Below are positions 26,830 to 32,000 of a stretch of 32,000 nucleotides of DNA, in pieces. A model generated the notes under the pieces. It was given only the letters and a program-made list of their open reading frames with translations. It was not told the origin of the DNA and made no database searches. Origin of the DNA: Thermoproteus tenax Kra 1. Its GTDB lineage: Archaea > Thermoproteota > Thermoprotei > Thermoproteales > Thermoproteaceae. How positions within the stretch are numbered: position 1 is the first letter of the stretch; each line of letters starts with the position of its first letter. The position numbers were made by a program, and so were the translations under genes. The stretch covers positions 150,001-182,000 of the forward strand of contig NC_016070.1 in assembly GCF_000253055.1 (NCBI RefSeq), read 5' to 3'.

Positions 26830-27687
26830 ATGAAAAAGAGTACTATAATCTTAGTAATTCCTACAGCGCTCTTTTCCGCGATATTATTATACTTAGTGAT
26901 ATGGAACGCTGTAATATCCTTTACTAATTGGTCTTTATTTAATCCTAAAATGTCTTTCGTGGGTTTGGAGACTTATTTTAGCGTGGTAAAAACTTTTCAG
27001 TTCTCCAATTCTATGCTTCATTCGTTAGAATTATCAGCAAGTTTAGTTACAATTGGTAATATTCTAGGAATATTGTTTGCAGGTTTGCTATATTTTCTAT
27101 CATCCAATAAAGCTAGATCGGTATTTCTTTCAATCATACTTTATCCATTAGCAATATCCATGGCTGTTAACGCCTTAATTTGGTTATGGCTGTTTAATAT
27201 AAACATCGGTATTGATTGGCTGTTGGTGAGAATAGGTTTACCTCAGCTTCCCTGGTTATCCTCTACATCTACGATGTTTCCCAGTTTGATTTTAGTAACA
27301 ATATGGGCTTACACTGGAATTGCAACGTTATTTTATTTGGCCGGGTTCATGAATATAGATAAATCTGTAATAGAGGCCGCGAGGTTAGATAGTGCAAGTT
27401 CCTTCAAGATATTATATAAAATATTATTACCTAACTCATTTAATTCGTTTATTGTGTCGACGGCTTTGTTGTTCCTATTTTCCTTTAGGATATTCAGCTT
27501 ACCTTATATACTATCTGGCGGGCCTACTAATATTTTCCTTCAGACTGCCGTAGTATATATGTATTACCTTTTTACTGTTGAGTTCTTCTCTCAAGCTACT
27601 GCAGTAGCTACAATAATTACCGTTATCGCTTCCGTGGTAATAATTCCTTATGCGCTAATTATAATGAGGAGGTGGATTAGGAAATGA
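26830..27687 (+). CDS. glcT: Sugar ABC transporter permease (GlcT-like)
   Basis: Six-TM MalF-type permease; 'VIEAARLDSASSFKILYKILLPNSFNSFI' EAA loop. Confidence 0.88.
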   Translation: MKKSTIILVIPTALFSAILLYLVIWNAVISFTNWSLFNPKMSFVGLETYFSVVKTFQFSNSMLHSLELSASLVTIGNILGILFAGLLYFLSSNKARSVFLSIILYPLAISMAVNALIWLWLFNINIGIDWLLVRIGLPQLPWLSSTSTMFPSLILVTIWAYTGIATLFYLAGFMNIDKSVIEAARLDSASSFKILYKILLPNSFNSFIVSTALLFLFSFRIFSLPYILSGGPTNIFLQTAVVYMYYLFTVEFFSQATAVATIITVIASVVIIPYALIIMRRWIRK

Positions 27688-28532
27688 GACCGGTTATAAA
27701 AGCGAGCTTACATTATTTAGCATTAAGTATAGTGAGTATTTTATGGTTAATACCGGTTTACGCTATGATAATTAACGGATTTAAGAGTAATCTAGAAGCA
27801 CTATCAAGCCCAGTTTTATCTCCTCCGAGATCTTTTTCTCTAACTGCTTATATTACAGTGTTTAATGATTTAGCGAAACCCTTGATAAACAGTCTAATAG
27901 TGGTAATACCCACGGCTTTCATCTCAGCATTTTTGGGAGCTATGGGAGCTTATTTCTTCTATACTTTGTCTTATTCCTTTAGTAAGTTCTCATCTACAAT
28001 TAGCGATTTATTATTCTCCTTAATCGCGTTAGCCACTTTCATACCTTATCAAGCCACATTAATTCCACTAACTAGATTAATAGTCAGCATGGGTATTCTA
28101 GATACTTATATAGGCATAATTTTTGCAATGCTTATATTCTATATTCCTACTGGGGCATTACTAATGTCGATGTTCATTTCAGTTATCCCGAGAAGTCTAA
28201 TAGAGGCCGCTAAAATAGATGGAACCGGCGACCTGAAAATATTTATGAAAATAGTACTTCCTCTATCTATGCCAGGCTTCATATCAACTCTAATATTTAT
28301 AATAATACAATCATGGAATAACTTCTTCATTCCTCTAATTCTAATTACTACTCCAAATATGAGGTTAGTTTCAGTTGCAGTGCAATCATATACTGGAGGA
28401 TACGGCACATTATATAATGACACATTTGCGGCGGCAATGATAGCCAGTATAGTTCCGCTGGCAATATTTATATTTCTTGGAAGATACTTCATTAGGGGCC
28501 TAATAGCACTAGGAGGAGGTAAGGGGGTATAA
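27684..28532 (+). CDS. glcU: Sugar ABC transporter permease (GlcU-like)
   Basis: MalG-type permease; 'LIEAAKIDGTGDLKIFMKIVLPLSMPGFIS' EAA loop; overlaps the upstream stop. Confidence 0.88.
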   Translation: MRPVIKASLHYLALSIVSILWLIPVYAMIINGFKSNLEALSSPVLSPPRSFSLTAYITVFNDLAKPLINSLIVVIPTAFISAFLGAMGAYFFYTLSYSFSKFSSTISDLLFSLIALATFIPYQATLIPLTRLIVSMGILDTYIGIIFAMLIFYIPTGALLMSMFISVIPRSLIEAAKIDGTGDLKIFMKIVLPLSMPGFISTLIFIIIQSWNNFFIPLILITTPNMRLVSVAVQSYTGGYGTLYNDTFAAAMIASIVPLAIFIFLGRYFIRGLIALGGGKGV

Positions 28533-29593
28533 TGGTTAGGATTATAGCTAAGAACATTTCTAAATACTTCAAGAAGGGTAAGAATAGAGTAGTAGCCTTA
28601 GAAAACATAAATCTAACAATTGAGAATGGCGAAAGATTCGGAATCTTAGGACCTAGTGGAGCAGGAAAGACAACGCTATTGAGGATAATAGCAGGACTTG
28701 AGGTACCATCAGAAGGGGAGTTATACTTCGATGATAAATTAGTGGCAAAAGGCGGGAAAGTAATAGTTCCACCAGAAGATAGGAGAATAGGAATGGTATT
28801 CCAAACCTGGGCGTTATATCCTAATCTAACAGCCTATGAGAATATAGCATTCCCACTAACTAATATAAAATTAAGTAAAGAAGAGATAAGAAAAAGAGTA
28901 GAAGAAATAGCCAGGATATTAGATATAACTCATGTATTAAACCATTATCCGAGAGAGCTATCTGGAGGACAGCAACAAAGAGTAGCCTTAGCAAGGGCAC
29001 TAGTAAAAAACCCCTCGCTTCTACTATTAGACGAACCATTTAGTAACTTAGATGCAAGAATAAGAGATAGTGCAAGGGCACTAGTAAAAGAGGTTCAAAG
29101 CAAGCTAGGAGTAACATTGTTAATAGTTTCCCATGATCCGGCAGACATATTTGCACTAGCAGATAGAGTGGGAGTCTTAATCAAAGGAAAACTAGTTCAA
29201 GTAGGCCCACCAGAAGAAATATATAATAAACCTATATCTATAGAGGTAGCATCACTAATAGGAGAAATAAATAGGATAGAAGGAAAAGTAACGAAAGAAG
29301 GAGTAATAATAGGAAGCTTCAAAATACCAGTAAGCGTTAGTTCAGATAGGGCATTAATAGGGATTAGACCCGAAGACATAAAAATATCGAAAGAACCGAT
29401 CGAGGAAGAGAAATGGATATTAGTAGGAAAGGGAAGAGTAAAAGTAGTAGGTTATCAAGGTGGATTTTTCAGAGTAACAGTAAGTCCATTAGATTCAGAG
29501 GAAGAAATTGTAACTTATTCAGACCACCCAATAAAGGCAGGAGAAGAAATATTAGTATATGTGAAAAAAGGATCGATAAAAATATTCACTTAA
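28532..29593 (+). CDS. glcV: Sugar ABC transporter ATP-binding protein (GlcV-like)
   Basis: 'NGERFGILGPSGAGKTT', 'VPPEDRRIGMVFQTWALYPNL', 'LSGGQQQRVALARALVK', 'LLLLDEPFSNLDARIRDSARALVKEVQ', 'IGIRPEDIKISK'; near-identical in wording to the Saccharolobus solfataricus GlcV as I recall it. Confidence 0.95.
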   Translation: MVRIIAKNISKYFKKGKNRVVALENINLTIENGERFGILGPSGAGKTTLLRIIAGLEVPSEGELYFDDKLVAKGGKVIVPPEDRRIGMVFQTWALYPNLTAYENIAFPLTNIKLSKEEIRKRVEEIARILDITHVLNHYPRELSGGQQQRVALARALVKNPSLLLLDEPFSNLDARIRDSARALVKEVQSKLGVTLLIVSHDPADIFALADRVGVLIKGKLVQVGPPEEIYNKPISIEVASLIGEINRIEGKVTKEGVIIGSFKIPVSVSSDRALIGIRPEDIKISKEPIEEEKWILVGKGRVKVVGYQGGFFRVTVSPLDSEEEIVTYSDHPIKAGEEILVYVKKGSIKIFT

Positions 29594-29637
29594 TTTTTGT
29601 TCTCTCAACTAATTATTACTAAAGTTTCTGATCCTAA

Positions 29638-29800
29638 GGGTTAGCGTTCGCTAGGGAGGTGACGCCTGTGGAGCCTAGGGCTATTGTCGCCGTCGACGTC
29701 AACTGTCTCGACCACTAAAGGTTGGTCTCGTGGCCGACGGCCGAGCCGTGGAGTTGTCGAAGTTCCCCAAGAGGGAGCGGATAGAGAAGACAAAGCAACC
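29638..29800 (+). pseudogene. TnpB remnant around RuvC-I, frameshifted
   Basis: Frame 29641: LAFAREVTPVEPRAIVAVDVNCLDH*; shifted frame from 29721: VGLVADGRAVELSKFPKRERIEKT. Together these match the archaeal TnpB pattern 'REVxPxxPxxxVAVDVNxxNVTVxxxxDGxxVEL'. Confidence 0.65.
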
Positions 29801-30094
29801 AGGTTTTTCCTCCGCACCGGCGACTATCACACTTTTAACCTCGTCCTCTTGTTTCACGAACGGCATCTGGCCCCGGGGCGGTTGACGGGGGCGCAAAGAC
29901 GGCGAAAATCGGCCGTTAGACGCCCTCTCGCCCCGGTGTACCCGGGGCGGGCCCTTGAGCCCCCTCGGGGGCAAGAGAGAGGTAGGGGGACGTTAGGCAC
30001 ACGTTTAGGCCCTCTGCCTGTACCGAAAAACGCGGACTTTCACTTGCGAGGAGGGGAACCGCCTCTAGGCGCATCCATAGGGGTTGGACAGAAC

Positions 30095-30103
30095 TTTTAT
30101 AAA
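30095..30103 (+). promoter_or_regulatory. TATA box of the CysO-like gene
   Basis: tttttataaag-type element (ttttataaag) ~30 nt upstream of the GTG at 30132. Confidence 0.5.
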
Positions 30104-30131
30104 GGCGCACAGTCGTGCCTCTTATGTCGGG

Positions 30132-31127
30132 GTGCACGAATGCCTTGAGGCTGTCGCAGAGCTTCTGAGGAAGGGCAGAGTAGTCGCCGATGACAAATCG
30201 GCTCCCTGCCTCTCTTTGGTCTTCCTGCGTAAGGTCTCCTCTGGGGAAACCCTCGAGCTATCCGAGCTGTACCCAGCCGTAGATCCCTATAGAGTCTTCG
30301 AGAGCCCACTGGAGCTGTTGTTGAAGGGAGGGCCGACCCCGCTCCTCAAGGTCGGCGAGAGGCCCAAGGAGGCTTGGGCGAAGTTGGAGTGGTACAATCC
30401 GTTCAGCAGGAGCATCAAGGATAGGACGACGTACGCCCTGTTGAGGTCTGTCAACGGCGATAGGCTTGTGGAGGTATCAAGCGGCAACGTAGCCCTGGCG
30501 CTGAGCGCCATGGGGCTCCTCATGGGGAAGAGAGTGAAGGTCTATGTGCCGACGGCGGGCAGATACGTAGAGCCCTTCCTAGAGATCTATGGCGTTGAGC
30601 ACGAGGTCCTGGACGTCACTATGACCGTTGAGGCGTTGGAACACATCAGAAGCGATGTAGCCAAGGGCGCGGTGCACACGAACCAGTTCGAGAACGACGC
30701 AAACTTCTTTGCGCATATACGCACAGCGGCAGAGCTCGACTGGCAGCTTCAACGCAGGGGGAGGAGGCCCGACTTCATCGTGGCGGGCGTGGGCACCTCG
30801 GGCCATTCGGCGGCCCTCGGCTTCTACTTCTCTGTGAGGTACAAGTCGAAGTTGGTGGCGGTTCAGCCAAAGGACTGGATCCCCGGCCTCAGGAGGGTCG
30901 AGACAGGGGTGAAGTGGCTGAAGTGGGTCGACGCAGAGGTAGTCGACGTATCTTTCGAGGAAGCTATGAAGGGCGTGAGGGCTCTCGCCAGAAAGTTCGG
31001 GATACTGGCCGGCATAAGCTCAGGCGCCGTGTACTACGAGTACCTAAGGAGGAGCGAGGAGGGAGTCTACGCCATGGTGTTCCCCGACGACCTTTTCAAA
31101 TACTACGAGGTGTTGAGGAGCCGCTGA
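30132..31127 (+). CDS. PLP-dependent O-phospho-L-serine sulfhydrylase/cysteine synthase (CysO-like)
   Basis: 'FESPLELLLKGGPTPLLKV', 'AKLEWYNPFSRSIKDR', 'NQFENDANFFAHIRTAAE', 'GVGTSGHSAALGFY', 'VQPKDWIPGLRRVETG', 'GISSGA'; resembles Aeropyrum pernix CysO including its N-terminal extension. GTG 30132 fits the TATA better than track start 30084. Confidence 0.75.
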   Translation: MHECLEAVAELLRKGRVVADDKSAPCLSLVFLRKVSSGETLELSELYPAVDPYRVFESPLELLLKGGPTPLLKVGERPKEAWAKLEWYNPFSRSIKDRTTYALLRSVNGDRLVEVSSGNVALALSAMGLLMGKRVKVYVPTAGRYVEPFLEIYGVEHEVLDVTMTVEALEHIRSDVAKGAVHTNQFENDANFFAHIRTAAELDWQLQRRGRRPDFIVAGVGTSGHSAALGFYFSVRYKSKLVAVQPKDWIPGLRRVETGVKWLKWVDAEVVDVSFEEAMKGVRALARKFGILAGISSGAVYYEYLRRSEEGVYAMVFPDDLFKYYEVLRSR

Positions 31128-31252
31128 GGGGCCCGACTCCTTAGCCCCTCTCAAGAGGCTCGGGATACAGGGCGCGCTGGAAAGGCCGCAGCAAATCCGC
31201 CGAAAACAGTAGCTCTGTCCCCTTATGAGAGAGACCGGCCCCCTGGAGGTCG

Positions 31253-31278
31253 CTCCGCCCATAATGCCGTTGGCGGAG
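31253..31278. promoter_or_regulatory. Inverted repeat abutting the hypD TATA box
   Basis: CTCCGCC-N12-GGCGGAG (7-bp perfect arms), directly upstream of gatataaa at 31282-31290. Confidence 0.4.
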
Positions 31279-31309
31279 AAGAGATATAAACAGGGACAAT
31301 CCCCACTAT

Positions 31310-32000
31310 ATGTCCTGCCCCACTCTCCCGAGCGATTTTCCTGGCCCCCCTGCCTATGTCGACTGTTGGAACTGCCCCATGATGAAGAAGGAGATGGACG
31401 CGTTGGAGCTGGCCTTCAGACGTAAGACTAAGATAACGGCCTATCTGGTGGACTACATTAGAAAGTACGCCGAGGAGCTCGCCAAGAGGGACCCCAAGTA
31501 TGTCTACAAAATTATGGACTTCTGCGGCACCCACGAGTGGACTATCGTCCACTTCGGCCTCAGGAGCGTGCTCGAGATGGCGGGGGTCAGAAACGTGGAG
31601 CTTGTGGCCGGGCCCGGCTGCCCCGTCTGTGTGACGCCCTCCTACTACCTAGAGCAGGCCATGAAGCTCGCCTTCGACGGCGTAGTAATATATACGTACG
31701 GAGACGTCTTCAAACTGCCCGCGATAAACAGGGTGAACGGCGCCAGGTCGCTGGCGGAGGCCAAGGCCCGCGGGGCAGACGTGAGGCTCGTCCACACGTT
31801 CTTACACGCTGTTATAGATGCAAAGAAGCACAACAAGCCCTCAGTCTTCCTGGGCATAGGCTTTGAGACGGTGGCGCCCGGCTATTCTGAGGCCATACTC
31901 AAGGGCCTAGTGCCGCCCAACCTCAAGCTCATGAGCTTAGTGAAGCTCACTCCGCCGGCTATGTTCTACGCTTTAGATATGGTGAGGGAGAAGCCCACAG
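31310..32000 (+). CDS. hypD: [NiFe] hydrogenase expression/formation protein HypD (3' truncated by window)
   Basis: 'YKIMDFCGTHEWTIVHFGLRSVL...VELVAGPGCPVCVTP', 'YGDVFKLP', 'FLGIGFETVAPGYS'. No stop before the window end, so missing from the track. Start either ATG 31310 (TATA spacing) or 31379. Confidence 0.92.
   Translation, partial: MSCPTLPSDFPGPPAYVDCWNCPMMKKEMDALELAFRRKTKITAYLVDYIRKYAEELAKRDPKYVYKIMDFCGTHEWTIVHFGLRSVLEMAGVRNVELVAGPGCPVCVTPSYYLEQAMKLAFDGVVIYTYGDVFKLPAINRVNGARSLAEAKARGADVRLVHTFLHAVIDAKKHNKPSVFLGIGFETVAPGYSEAILKGLVPPNLKLMSLVKLTPPAMFYALDMVREKPT

Noticed and set aside
31128-31309. Type-T RNase P RNA or other known ncRNA upstream of hypD
   Set aside because: 'gcagcaaatccgccgaaaacagtag' superficially recalls RNase P conserved elements but the order and strand do not fit; only the promoter-proximal inverted repeat is reported.

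Overview
This 32-kb window looks like a GC-rich, gene-dense crenarchaeal chromosome, probably Thermoproteales/Thermoproteus-like. That placement is inferred from gene content and leaderless TATA-start spacing, not from a database search. The backbone carries an oligopeptide-type ABC transporter (3' end of a permease plus two ATPases), a YkgJ-like Cys-cluster protein, S30e (absent from the supplied ORF track), TrmI-like tRNA m1A methyltransferase, ProRS, S26e, a CDP-alcohol phosphatidyltransferase, family-B DNA polymerase (PolB1-like), HMG-CoA reductase and the thiolase/DUF35/HMG-CoA synthase cluster, S25e, TBP, Hjc, a UPF0173 hydrolase, geranylgeranyl reductase, a class II aldolase, an HTH-riboflavin kinase, a HerA-like ATPase, a CysO-like O-phosphoserine sulfhydrylase and HypD (runs off the end). 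The accessory region is ~23.3-30.1 kb. It holds an AT-rich, Sulfolobales-like glcSTUV sugar ABC transporter cluster. On its left are a minus-strand TnpB C-terminus-like remnant, an IS605-type end motif and a frameshifted HEPN-like gene. On its right is a frameshifted TnpB RuvC-I remnant. A ~380-bp GC-richer unexplained segment lies between glcS and glcT. The 26-nt end motif recurs (25/26) beside polB at 8.28 kb. Other leads are inverted repeats overlapping or abutting the TATA boxes of a wHTH regulator and of hypD, a structured GC-rich spacer upstream of S30e, and several uncharacterised ORFs. I found no CRISPR array, tRNA or rRNA, and no convincing intact new defence system.
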